DNA from: Candidatus Hadarchaeales archaeon
Lineage (GTDB): Archaea > Hadarchaeota > Hadarchaeia > Hadarchaeales > WYZ-LMO6
NCBI GenBank assembly: GCA_038851755.1
Contig: JAWCKR010000015.1
Span: 1-35,025 of the forward strand
DNA length: 35,025 nucleotides
Reading direction: 5' to 3'
The number at the start of each line of letters is the position of its first letter. The stretch's first letter is position 1. This document shows, one piece after another, positions 1 to 10,300 of this stretch. A program made the translations under genes and the position numbers. The notes beneath the pieces were generated by a model that saw only the letters and a list, made by a program, of their open reading frames with translations, ran no database searches and had not been told where the DNA came from.

Positions 1-858
1 CGGAAGGGACGGGGATAACATCCTGACCCTCCACGGTTCCCTGGTCTGATGGGGTCTCGTCCTCGGTCTGGGGCTCTAGGTTTTCCTGAATTCCGGTACC
101 TTGGTTCTGGTCCTCTTGGGTCCCCTCGTTTTCGACAACTCCTCCGTTCTCGAGGCTTTCTCCTACAACTTCTTGATTCTCTGCCGGAATCGGACTTTCA
201 TTCTCTGGGGGGGCCTCCTGCACCCCTTCTTCGTTTTCAGCTGCACCCCCAGTCTCGAAACCATTTTCCTGTACCTCCTGGATCTGGCCCAGCCCCTCCG
301 AGTTTTCAGGGGTCTCCGTCCACCCCTCGGCCGCCCCTTCGCTCGGGGAGGGAGGGTTCTCGCCGGTACTCCCGGCAGGGCTCACCTCGAGCTGGCCCTC
401 CGCCGAACCCTCAGCACCCTGGGCCTCCGCCCCAGGCAGGAGGGAGGGCTCGTTCTCCTCCCAGGTCAGGAGGCTCCACCTCACCACCCTCCCCGCGTCG
501 AAGATCTCTGAGACGAAGAACCCCTGCGTGCACCCTGGGAGGAGCCTCACCACGCCCCCCGCGTTCTCCGTGTTCTCGAAGAGGGGATAGGGGAGGGGAG
601 GGAGGGGGGAGGGGGGAGAAGCGGCCACGGGGAAAACGGGAACGGAGGAGGTGAGGAGGAAGAGGGTGAGGAGGAGGGAGAGACTTCTCCTCAGCGCCTC
701 CCAGGCGCAGAGGGGGGGTGCGGAGGCGACCCGCCCCTCAAAAAAGAGGTCGCCTCCGCACGAGGGTTGGGGATAAAGGGGCTTCGGACGGGAGGGGGGC
801 TGCGGAGCGGAGTAGCTGGGCTCGACCTCGACAGCGGAGCCTTCAACAATCTCGCCAC
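1..858 (-). CDS. N-terminus of a paralog of the giant surface protein (partial, runs off the left edge)
   Basis: Manual translation is open from GTG 858 (after an in-frame TGA and GAGGGTGA) to position 1: ...ALRRSLSLLLTLFLLTSSVPVFPVAA (signal-like)...PYPLFENTENAGGVVRLLPGCTQGFFVSEIF...WEENEPSL. This matches the giant protein's PYPLFENTENAGGVIRLLPGYTRGSFVSEII...WEREEPSL and is followed by an acidic EN-rich linker. The true start is uncertain. Confidence 0.85.
718..761. repeat. Perfect 14-bp inverted repeat (hairpin) with 16-nt loop
   Basis: GTGCGGAGGCGACC (718-731) / GGTCGCCTCCGCAC (748-761). The loop contains T6 on the minus strand. Confidence 0.9.
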
Positions 859-879
859 TCACCCTCGGCCCCCCTCCCG

Positions 880-1055
880 ATTAAAATCTGCTTTAACTTG
901 CTTTAAAAATTTTTCTATTAAAGTAAAAATAAAATTATACTGCTTCTGGAACGGCGGAAAAAGAGGAAAACTCCGGATCCTCCCACCCCATAATGTATAA
1001 ATAGAATTTAACTAAAATAGAAATCTTTTTATACCCAAATACAATTTGAATTAAA
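880..1055. promoter_or_regulatory. AT-rich divergent promoter region
   Basis: Sharp AT-rich island in GC-rich DNA. TTTTTATA at ~1026-1033 lies ~30 nt before ATG 1059. TTTAAA-like boxes on the minus strand lie upstream of 858. Confidence 0.65.
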
Positions 1056-1058
1056 GTG

Positions 1059-1208
1059 ATGAGGGAAATACCCGTACACCCGGCACCCACCCTGTGCGGG
1101 AAATGCGGCCTCTTCTACCTCTATCCCAAGCGGTTGGACTACGAACACAACCCCTGCCCCAGGTGCGATCACCCGAACAACGGACACCGCAAGGGAGGTG
1201 AGAGGTGA
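1059..1208 (+). CDS. 49-aa zinc-finger microprotein (CxxC...CPxC)
   Basis: MREIPVHPAPTLCGKCGLFYLYPKRLDYEHNPCPRCDHPNNGHRKGGER*. TATA-like box ~30 nt upstream; TGATG overlap with the next ORF. Confidence 0.7.
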   Translation: MREIPVHPAPTLCGKCGLFYLYPKRLDYEHNPCPRCDHPNNGHRKGGER

Positions 1209-1342
1209 TGGAAACCCTGTCGGCGGCGCTGAGGAAGGTGGGTCCCTGCGGCATGTACCTGAGGGATCCCTTCTGCCCCAGCACCCCTTCGGCCAAGGCC
1301 GCCGGGCTGTGCCACCGCTGCCCCTTCGCCAAGAGGTCGTGA
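1208..1342 (+). CDS. 44-aa Cys-rich microprotein
   Basis: METLSAALRKVGPCGMYLRDPFCPSTPSAKAAGLCHRCPFAKRS*. Preceded by a GGAGGTGAGAGGTG SD-like sequence and coupled to the upstream ORF by TGATG. Confidence 0.6.
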   Translation: METLSAALRKVGPCGMYLRDPFCPSTPSAKAAGLCHRCPFAKRS

Positions 1343-1485
1343 GCCCTGTTCTCCCGGGTAACGACCCACACTTCCTGGGTCCAGGCAGGGGGGCATGGCT
1401 CCACACCCTAACCTCCTTCGCATATCACGAGCACAGATACAACTAAATTTTTATATAAGAAAAATTTAATTACAACGGTGAAAGG

Positions 1486-1881
1486 TTGGAGGTCCTGAAA
1501 GACCAACCCATCAAGCTCGAGATAGAGGGGGAGGAATGGGAAACCCTCGATGAGAAAAAGGCCTCAGAGGTCAGCGAGGCCCTCGCGGACCCCATCAGGA
1601 GGTGGATCTACCAGGAACTCGGAAAGGGGTCCCTCAGGCAGGCGGAGCTGGCCAAGAAGGCCAGCCAGGCCCTGGGCAAGAAGATCACGAACGTGCTCAT
1701 CCGCTACCACCTGAACAAGCTCGCCTCCGCCGGGCTCGTGAGGTTCGAGAAGGACGAGGCCCGTCCGAGGGTGAAGGTGGTCCACAGGAGCTGCGAGGTG
1801 AGGATCCAGGTGAGGCCCTTCTCCCCGCCCTCCGCGGGGCTGGAGGAGGTGCTCTCCGGGGCCCTCAGGAGGAGAGGCTGA
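1486..1881 (+). CDS. ArsR-like winged helix-turn-helix regulator
   Basis: ALADPIRRWIYQEL...LRQAELAK...RYHLNKLASAGLV. TTTATATAA ~1450-1458 upstream. Confidence 0.8.
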   Translation: MEVLKDQPIKLEIEGEEWETLDEKKASEVSEALADPIRRWIYQELGKGSLRQAELAKKASQALGKKITNVLIRYHLNKLASAGLVRFEKDEARPRVKVVHRSCEVRIQVRPFSPPSAGLEEVLSGALRRRG

Positions 1882-2687
1882 TGCCCATCCTCTCGGTGAT
1901 GGGGACCAAGGGAGGGGTGGGGAAGAGCACCGTGGCCATGGGGATCTCGGCCTGGATCAGCAGGCTCCAGAAGGACATGGTCCTGCTGGTGGACGGGGAC
2001 ACCCACGTGAGGACGGTGGAGCTGAAGATGTGTCCTGGGGCGGACGTGACCCTCTCCCAGGTGCTGGAGGGGAAGCACTCCCTGGCAGACGCCATCTACT
2101 CCTGCGCCCTCAAGGCAGGGGGAAGGCCCCTCTTCCCCAGGCTGGCCATCCTCCCGGCCGGAGGAAGGTTTCTCCCCCCGGGGAGCAGGGACATCGTGGG
2201 GTTCGTGGAGCACACGGTGGGGAGGTTCGAGCGCATGCTCTCCACCCTCAGGAAGAGGTTCTCCTACATCATCGTGGACACGCCGGCCTCCGTGGGGTTC
2301 GAGCACCTCATCCTGACCGCCATAGCCGACGCCCTCCTCTTCGTGGTGAACCCCGACCTGGACTCCATCCTCTCCTCGAAGATGACGGCGGAGGGTCTGA
2401 AGGGGCTGCTGGGAATTCAGGCGGTGGGGGTGGTGGTGAACCGGGCGCCCAGGGGGAGCTCGGTGGAGGAGTGGGTCCTGCGGGCCGGGGACATAGCGCC
2501 CGTCCTGGGGGTGATAGAGGACGACGAGCTGGTGGACGACGCCTTCAGGAGGGACCTGCCGGTGGTGGCCCTCTACCCCGAAGCCCCTTCCAGCCAGGGG
2601 CTGAAGAGGGTGGCGGAGGAGATCCTGAAGCTGAAGATCGAGCCCACCAGGCTCCTCCCCAAGCTGGAGCTGGCGAGGGGCTCGTAG
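1881..2687 (+). CDS. MinD/ParA-family ATPase
   Basis: Real start is ATG 1881 (TGATG overlap). MPILSVMGTKGGVGKST deviant Walker A, LLVDGD, IIVDTPA, VVVNR. The 1602-1880 extension in the ORF track is a shadow of the upstream gene. Confidence 0.9.
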   Translation: MPILSVMGTKGGVGKSTVAMGISAWISRLQKDMVLLVDGDTHVRTVELKMCPGADVTLSQVLEGKHSLADAIYSCALKAGGRPLFPRLAILPAGGRFLPPGSRDIVGFVEHTVGRFERMLSTLRKRFSYIIVDTPASVGFEHLILTAIADALLFVVNPDLDSILSSKMTAEGLKGLLGIQAVGVVVNRAPRGSSVEEWVLRAGDIAPVLGVIEDDELVDDAFRRDLPVVALYPEAPSSQGLKRVAEEILKLKIEPTRLLPKLELARGS

Positions 2688-2716
2688 GAAGGCTCATATT
2701 TCTGGGGCAGAAGTAG

Positions 2717-2854
2717 CTCTTCGACGAGAGGCCCGGGTGTACCCTCTCCACCAGCGTCCTCCACAACGTGCTGGAGAACCTGGAGAAGATGAGCATCCTG
2801 AGGGACTACACTTTCCTGGATCCCGTCTACCGGGAGGCCGCCAAACTGCTCTAA
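2717..2854 (+). pseudogene. C-terminal remnant of an archaeal ATPase (COG1672-like winged-helix tail)
   Basis: LFDERPGCTLSTSVLHNVLENLEKMSILRDYTFLDPVYREAAKLL* follows an in-frame TAG. From memory, it resembles the ..LEKMSI..Y.FLDP.Y.EA ending of archaeal ATP-binding proteins. Confidence 0.5.
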
Positions 2855-2905
2855 TCAACACTCCCCACTACGCGAGCAGGTTGCCCCCAAGCTGGAGGCC
2901 CCCCC

Positions 2906-2957
2906 AAACCGGTCTAATATGGACCAGTTTTTTATAAAAACCGGTCTAATATAGACT
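2906..2957 (+). promoter_or_regulatory. Two operator-like sites flanking a TATA box
   Basis: AAACCGGTCTAATAT at 2906 and 2938 (32 bp apart), each part of an imperfect GTC(T)A-N-(T)RGAC palindrome. TTTATAAAAA lies between them. Confidence 0.75.
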
Positions 2958-2962
2958 GAAAG

Positions 2963-4219
2963 ATGAAGAGAAGGGAAGACTTCAAGCACGTCATCGCCGA
3001 GTGGCTCCAGCAGGGAATCCCGGAGGTCAAGGGAAGGGAAACCCTCCTGCCCCTGGATTCCAGCCTCGTCGTGGCCGTAACGGGCGCCAGGAGGAGTGGC
3101 AAAACCTGTCTCCTCTTCCTGACCATGAGGAGGATCGTGGAAGAAGGCAGGGCCAGTCCCGATGAAATCCTCTACCTCGACTTCGAGCACGCCAGGTTGA
3201 AGGGGATAACGGCGGCCGACCTGGACGAAATGCTGGTGGGCTTCTACGAACTCACGGGCAAAAGACCCAAGTACCTCTTCCTCGACGAAATCCAGGGAGT
3301 GAAGGACTACGGGGGCTGGCTCAGGAAGAGGCTCGACGCCAGGGTCTACCTCTCGGGTTCTTCCTCCGCCCTGACCCCCAAGAGGATTGCCGGGGAGCTG
3401 AGGGGAAGGTGCGTGAACTACGAAGTCCATCCGCTGTCCTTCAGGGAATACCTCTCCTTCCTGGGCCACAGCCCTCCAAAGCCCGAGGTCCTCCTCCGCA
3501 GGGAGGAAAGGGGCAAACTCCTCTCCCTGCTGAGGGACTACCTCCAGTATGGTGCCTATCCCGCGGTTGCGCTGGAAGGGGACAAGAAGCGCGTGCTGAA
3601 GGCCTATTTCGACTCCGTGGTAGTCAGGGACCTGGGCGGGACACCCCTGGCCGAAACCCTCGCCCTCTACCTCACGGCGAACTATGCCCAACTGACGACC
3701 CTGAACAAGATCTACAACTACCTCCGGTCGCTGGGTTTTCAAGTGGGCAAGGAGAAGGCCATGGAGCTCCTGGAGAGGGCGAGGGAGACCTACTTCGCGT
3801 TCACGGTCGAACAGTTCAGGAAGAGCGAGAGGGAAAGGAAGATGAACCCCAAAAAGCTCTACATCGTGGATACCGGCTATCCCACCGCGCTGGGGTACGA
3901 GTTCTCGGTTTCGAGGGCCATGGAAAACGCCGTTTACCTGGAACTCCTGAGGAGAGGGAAGGGGGAGGTGTACTACTGGAAAGAGTACGGGAAGAGCACC
4001 GGAGCGGAGGTCGACTTCGTGGTGAGCAGGGACTTCAGGGCGGAGGAGCTGATTCAGGTAACCTATGGGGAGGAGGAAATCCGGGAAAGGGAGGTGAGGG
4101 CTCTGGAAAAGGCGAAGGAGGAACTTGAACCCGAGAAGCTCAGGATCCTGACATGGGACTACAGAGGGGAAATAGAAGGGATGGAGGCCGTGCCACTATG
4201 GTATTGGTTGCTGACATGA
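2963..4219 (+). CDS. AAA+ ATPase, COG1373 family (AAA_14 + DUF4143)
   Basis: GARRSGKT, FLDEIQ, SGSSS, GGYP-like GAYPAV, KKLYIVDTG, MENAVYLEL, EVDFV, LIQV. Confidence 0.93.
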   Translation: MKRREDFKHVIAEWLQQGIPEVKGRETLLPLDSSLVVAVTGARRSGKTCLLFLTMRRIVEEGRASPDEILYLDFEHARLKGITAADLDEMLVGFYELTGKRPKYLFLDEIQGVKDYGGWLRKRLDARVYLSGSSSALTPKRIAGELRGRCVNYEVHPLSFREYLSFLGHSPPKPEVLLRREERGKLLSLLRDYLQYGAYPAVALEGDKKRVLKAYFDSVVVRDLGGTPLAETLALYLTANYAQLTTLNKIYNYLRSLGFQVGKEKAMELLERARETYFAFTVEQFRKSERERKMNPKKLYIVDTGYPTALGYEFSVSRAMENAVYLELLRRGKGEVYYWKEYGKSTGAEVDFVVSRDFRAEELIQVTYGEEEIREREVRALEKAKEELEPEKLRILTWDYRGEIEGMEAVPLWYWLLT

Positions 4220-4343
4220 GCGGTTCGCGAGTCTGTGGTGGGAAAACCGAACCATCGGTCCACTTCCGATCTCTCGATTCCAGTTCTCGGGCGAAAGATC
4301 TCACGATAGCTGGAACTCCCTACCTGCTCTAAGGTGCGGAGCT

Positions 4344-7300
4344 TCATTCAGAGCCCTCATCCTTCCTCCCCATCAGCTTCTTCAGCTTCTCTAGGGTCTC
4401 CCTGGCCTCGGGGGCCCTCGCCGTCTCCGTTCCCTCCCTCCTCTCGGGCAGGGGTCTGGCCTTCATTTTGGCTGCCAGCTCCTCGGGACGGACGTGTGGC
4501 TCCACGGGCTTGGCCACCCTGGCCAGCCTGGCGAGGACCTCGGCGGGCGGGGGTGCTCCCGGCGGGGCCCTGCCCGCCCTGAGGAGGGACTGGAGGGCCT
4601 CCTCGGGCGCCGGAATGGGTGAGGGCCTGATGGGTTTCACGGTGAGGGGCTCGGCCTTGGGGAGCTCCTCGAAGGCCGGGCGGGCGGGCTCCAGCTTCCT
4701 CAGGGGAACGGCCGGGACCACCTTCTCCGGCAGCTTCACCTTCGGGCGCACCAGGCTGGCCAGCGGGACCTTCGGGAGGATGGGGCGGAAGCGCCAGAGG
4801 TAGACGAAGTACCCGGCCGCCCCCACCGCCATCAGGCTCCCCGCCAGCAGGAGGAGCAGGAGGGGCGGCCAGGAGAAGGGCGGGGGCAAGCCCGGGGCCT
4901 TCCTTCCGTACAGGGCCAGGGCCCTCGGGTAGAAGGTGAGCTCGGTCGAGAACACCAGGGCACCTTCCTCCCTCCCTTCCAGCTTCAGGGGCGCCTCCCT
5001 CCAGCCCTCGCCGTCGAAGGCGAGGAGCCTGAGCCCTCCCTCCTTCACTCCTTTCTCCCTCATCCAGTCCTCCGAGACCTGGAGCTCCACCCTCGCTCCC
5101 TCCACCGTCCGGGAGGAGGTGCTGAGGCCCAGCAGGGCCCCTCCGTACACCCGCTCCAGGGAAGGCCAGAGGGCTCCCCTCACCTCCTCCCCCTTCACCT
5201 CCAGCAGGCCCAGCGAGACCACCCTCTGCTGCTCGCGGAAGACGATACCGACCTTCCTCACGAACCAGGAGGGCGGGTGGAAGACGAACTCCGCCTCTCC
5301 TCCCGAAGGCACGTTCTCCACCACCTCCCTCAGGGAGGGAGTGAGGGTGAGGAAGCTCCCCACCGCGAAGGAGGAGGGGAGGCCCGCCCCGTTCACCGCC
5401 CTCACCCTCCAGAAGTACCTCCCCTCCTCCAGTCCCTCGAGCTGGAGGGAGGAGGCACCGAGCTCCCTCGCCGTCGCCGGTGAGCCGAAGTCGGGATCGT
5501 TGTCCACCATCACCTCGTAGGTTATCCCGGAGAGGTCGGAAACGGGGGACCAGTACAGGCGGGGCTGGGTGGTCCCCACCATCTCACCCTCCCCGGGCGA
5601 GAGCAGGACGGGCACCGGTGGCGGTGTGAGGTCCACCCCGCAGGAGGCCTTGGCCCTGAGGGGTGCGGGCTCCGTGAGGTTGTCGTTGTCCCTGGCGACC
5701 GTGCAGAACTCGTAGAACCCTTCTCCCTCGGGGGCGGTGAAGCTCCAGGACCAGGACTCCCTCTCCGCCGCCGCGAACTCCCTCCACTCTCCCCATCTCG
5801 AGTTGTCGGCGGAGTGCCTGTACCAGAGGGTCAGGGACACCACGTATCCGTCGTTGTCCCAGGCGGTGGCGCTCACGACGAAGGGTAACGAGATCCTCCA
5901 GTACGGACGGAGCTCCTGCACGGAGGAGGAGGGCGGGAAGAGCAACAGGGCCTTCACCCTCAGGAGGAAGGAAGCGGCGTGCCTCCTTCCCTCCGCGTCC
6001 TCTCCCACCACCGCGAAGGAGTAGGAGCCCTCGGGCGTTCCCCTCCCCACGCTGAGGTTGAGGGAGGAAGTGAAGGGAGGCACGCCCTCCCTGACGGAGA
6101 ACTCCGCCAGCACAGTGGCGGGCAGGTTCTCCGCCTCCAGCGTCACGGGGAGGGCGTAACCTCCGGAGGGCTCCACCCTCACCTGCACGGTAAGGCTCCC
6201 TCCCTCCGTCACCTCTCCCAGGCTCGGGCTGACCGAGAGGCTGAAGTCCCTCGGTGGGGGCGGTGGTGGGGGTGGGGGCGGGGGAGGTGGCGGAGGCTGG
6301 GGAGTTTCCACCCTGCCCTGGCGGCCCTCCAGCGTGAACCAACCCGCACCGGCCCTGACCCAGATCTGGAACTCCTCCAGCCCCCTCCAGCCCGCTGGGA
6401 ACCCGGCCTGCACCGTCCACCCCTCTGCCTTCCTCCATCCAGCCTGCGTGAAGAGGGACGAACTCCATCCCTCCACCAGCCGCCAACGCGCCGCCTCGCT
6501 TCCCGCCGAACCTAACCATCCTTCTACCGCTGACCATGAGGCCTCCGCCCAAATCCAGTTCTGCCAGGCCTCCGCCGCGGTCCAGAGGCCTCTGGCCGAA
6601 ACCGTCTCCTGCCAGCTCTCCAGCACCCTCCAGCCCGGAGGTGTGACCGTTCCTTCCGTCCACCCCTCCAAGCTTTCCCACCCGGCAACTCCAGCCAGCG
6701 CGCCCGACCACTCCTCCAGCGCGGACCAAGCGAAGGGAACCGGGAGCGAGGACCACCAGGAGTCCGAAACCACCCAGCCAGCCACAGTCCATGTTCCTCC
6801 CAGCCAGCCCTCCAGGCCTTCCCACCCCGCCACCGTTGCCGTTCCTCCCGTCCAGGAATCGAGCCTGTACCACAGCATGGGGGCCTCCACCGCCGTCTGC
6901 CAGCTCTCGAGGGAGAACCAAGCCTCCCTGAGCGTCACGGTGAAGACCCCAGAAACGTTCTCGTTCCCGGCCCCGTCCACCACCTTCACCCTCCAGTAGT
7001 AGGTTCCGGCGGGGAGGAGGTTCTCGCAGGTGTGGTAATTCTCCCCTATTCCGGCCTTGTGGTAGGAGAAGGGTGGGGAGAAGGTGTTTTCGTTGTCCAC
7101 CGTCAGCTCGTAGGTCACCCCTGAGAGGTCCCCAACGCTCGTCCAGCGGAAGGTCAGGCCTACTCTTGAAACCGTGCTCCCGTTCTCCGGCTCCAGCAGA
7201 GAGGGGGCAGGCGGGGGAACGGGGTCGTAGCCGCAGGAGGTGTCCGGGACGGAGGGTGGAGACTCGTGGTTGCCCGAGTTGTCCCAGGCCCTGGAGTAGA

Positions 7301-10300
7301 ACTGGTAGTGGCCGGGACCGCTGGGGGGCTCGAAGTAGAAGGTGTAGGGCGGGGAGGTGAGGTAGTCGTAGAGGATCCAGGAGCCCCAGCTGGAGTTGTC
7401 GGGGGACCAGCGGAACCAGAGCTCCACGTTCTCCACGTGCCCGTCGGCGTCGGAGGCGGTGGCGGAGAGGGTGATGGGGGAGGTGCGGTACCAGTACTGG
7501 GGCAGGGACTGGAGCTGGGAGACCGGCGGGACCAGCAGCCTGAGGAGGAAGGCCCTTGACACGTTTTCATTGCCAGCCCAGTCCCTCGCCACCACCCTCC
7601 ACCAGTAGTTGTCCTGCGGCAGGACGTTCTCAGTCTCGTGCCAGTTCTCCTCTATTCCCCCCTTCACGTACACGGGGGAGGAGAAGGACGGGTCGCGGTG
7701 GACCTCCAGCCTGTAGGTGACCCTGTCGCTCTCCTCGTCCTGGGAGGTGAGCCAGCGGAAGGTGGGCCTTCCATCGGGCTCCTCCAGCAGGACCTCGTTC
7801 TCCGGGGAAACGGGGATGGGCTCGGTGGGGGGCGTCACATCGTACCCGACCGTGAACTGCCAGACCTCCGACCAGGGTGAGCTCTCCCCTCCCGCCTCCG
7901 CCCTGACCTTCCAGTAGTAGATGCCGTTCTCCAGCTCGGTCCCGAAGGTGTATTGGCTCATCGGCAGCAGGAATTCCAGCGGAGAGCCGAAGTTCTCATC
8001 CCCATCCACCCATAGGCGGTAGACCTCCGTACCTTCCACATCCGACCAGTCAAGGGTGGGAGTGTTGTCATTCAGCCAAGCATCGTTCTCGGGGGAGAGG
8101 AGGACGGGCGCACCCAGCGTAATCACCCTGCCCTGCCTGGAGTCCAGGAGGAACCAGCAGGCGGGTGCGGTGGCCCAGCCCGTCCATTCCTCCACTTCCC
8201 TCCATCCTTCCACCATCCCCAGGGAGACCTGCCACCCCTCCAGCTCCCTCCAGCTCGCTCCAGCTCCCACTAGGCAGGTCCAGGACTCGGCCCCGCTCCA
8301 CCCGGCAGCGGCCCGCAGCACCTCCACCCAGCCCTCGACCTCCCTCCAGAGCGCCGGAGCCAAACAGGTCACAGTCCAGGAATCAGTGGTGGACCAAGAA
8401 GCGGGGGTCAGAATCCCCCCTTCCCATCCCTCTACCTCCTCCCAACCCGCTCTTGTCTGCAGGCTACCCGTCCAGCCCTCCATCTCCCACCAGCTGACCC
8501 CAGCCTGTACCTTCCCTGCCCAGGAGTCGAGCCATGACCACTGGACGGGAGTGCTCACCGCTCCCGTCCAGCTCTCGACCTGCTGCCAGCTGGAGGGCGC
8601 CTGAACCGAGCAGGACCAGTCCTCTACCGGCCGCCAGGAGGCCGGACCCAGGAACACTCCCGTCCAGGAATCCAGCTGCTGCCAGCTGACCGGGGAGGAA
8701 ACCGTAACGCTGCTGGAGTCGAGGGACTGCCAAGAAACTAGGGGCAAGGCCGTTCCCATCAAGGAATCGAGGAGCCTCCAGGCAGAGGGCACCTGGACCT
8801 GACACTGCCAGACCTCCACGGGTTGCCACCCGGCCATCGTCCGGACCGTTCCCTCCCAGGCCTCGACCGCTCTCCATCCAACGAGGGTTGAGAGGGTCCC
8901 TGTCCAGCTTTCTAGCCCGTACCAGGAGATGGGCGTTGAGACCACGCCTGCCCATCCCTCCACCGGCTGCCAAGCGATGAGGGTCTGGGCCGCGGCCGTG
9001 CAGGAATCCAGCTCCCGCCAGCTGGTGATCACGCCGAGCGAACCCGTCCAAGCTTCGACGGAGCACCAGGCCACGGCCGTTCCGAAAGCCCCCGTCCATC
9101 CTTCCAGTGGGGACCATCCTGCTGGGGTCAACATGGCCTCCGCCCAGGCTTCCACCGGCCGCCATTCGGCTGATGCAGAGACCGTGCTCATCCGGGACTC
9201 CAGTTCCTGCCACCCTGCCTGGGCTCTGGCACCGCCGGTCATGAAATCCAGCGACAGCCAGAAAGCCACCGTTCCCGCCGTCACGCTCCAGCTTTCTGTC
9301 CCGAACCAGCACACCGTCGTCGAGGCCGTGCAGCTCCAGAACTCCTGCTGTTGCCAGGAGACCCATGTCTCGAGGCTCGAGGTCCAGCCCTCTAGGGACT
9401 GCCAGGAGACGGGCGTGAAGAGCTCACCCGTCCAACCCTCTATCGGTTGCCAGGTGGCCACGGCCCCTATCGCTCCCGTCCAGGAGTCAGCCGTCCGCCA
9501 AACCACCTGCATCCCCAGCCCTGCTGCCCAAGCCTCGGCCTCAAACCAGTGAGCCTCAGTCCCAACCGTCTCCATCCAGGTCTCGATCGTCCGCCACTCT
9601 ACGGTGGTCACCATCGTTCCGGTCCACCCTTCGACCTCCCTCCAGGAAACGGAAGCTCCGGCGGCTCCCGCCCAGCCCTCGACCGCGGACCACTGGGCGG
9701 AGGTTGCGATCTCCAGCGTCCAGAACTCGGCGGCCGACCACCCTGCGGGTGCCCCTGCCGTGCACATCCAGGCTTCGACCACCGACCACACCGCCGCCGC
9801 ACCGGCAGCCCCGCTCCAGCCCTCCAGAGGAGACCATCCCACCCGCGCCCATGCCTCGTCCGCCCAGCCCTCGAGGACCGACCAGCCCACGGCCGCCGCA
9901 GCCGTTGCCACCCAGCCCTCAACCCCCACCCAGGCCTGGACCGTGCCGGCCGAGGAGGACCAGGAGTCGAGGGATTCCCATCCCGCCACGTTGAAGTAGT
10001 TCTCCGACCAGGGACCGGTATTCCCCACCCCGTCAAGGGCCCACACCCTCCAGCGATAGGTTCCGGGCTCGAGCACGACCGTGACCTGGTTCTCCGTCAC
10101 CGAGTTCTCGTAAACGGGTGAGTCGCCGGCGTACACCTTTACCTGGTACCCCGCCACCCCTGAGCCTCCATCCGTCGCGGAAGACCACTTGAGGGTGACC
10201 AACCCCGCCTGGACATAGGAGTCATTCTCCGGGAAGAGGAGCTGCACCGCGCTTGGTGAGACGTTATCCACCCTGAAGTTCTGGGTGGAGCAGTTCTCAC

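Noticed and set aside
49-654. + strand ORFs 49-654 and 101-511
   Set aside because: Antisense to the paralog frame, which has clear homology to the giant protein.
1029-1446. ORFs 1029-1406, 1051-1404, 1169-1423 and 1198-1446
   Set aside because: No recognisable motifs; they overlap the two coupled Cys-motif microproteins, which have better signals. 1051-1404 is not fully excluded.
4159-4347. Short ORF with YREIFRPRTGIER, reminiscent of an IS4/IS5 transposase motif
   Set aside because: Too short, no terminal inverted repeats seen, and it overlaps neighbouring genes.
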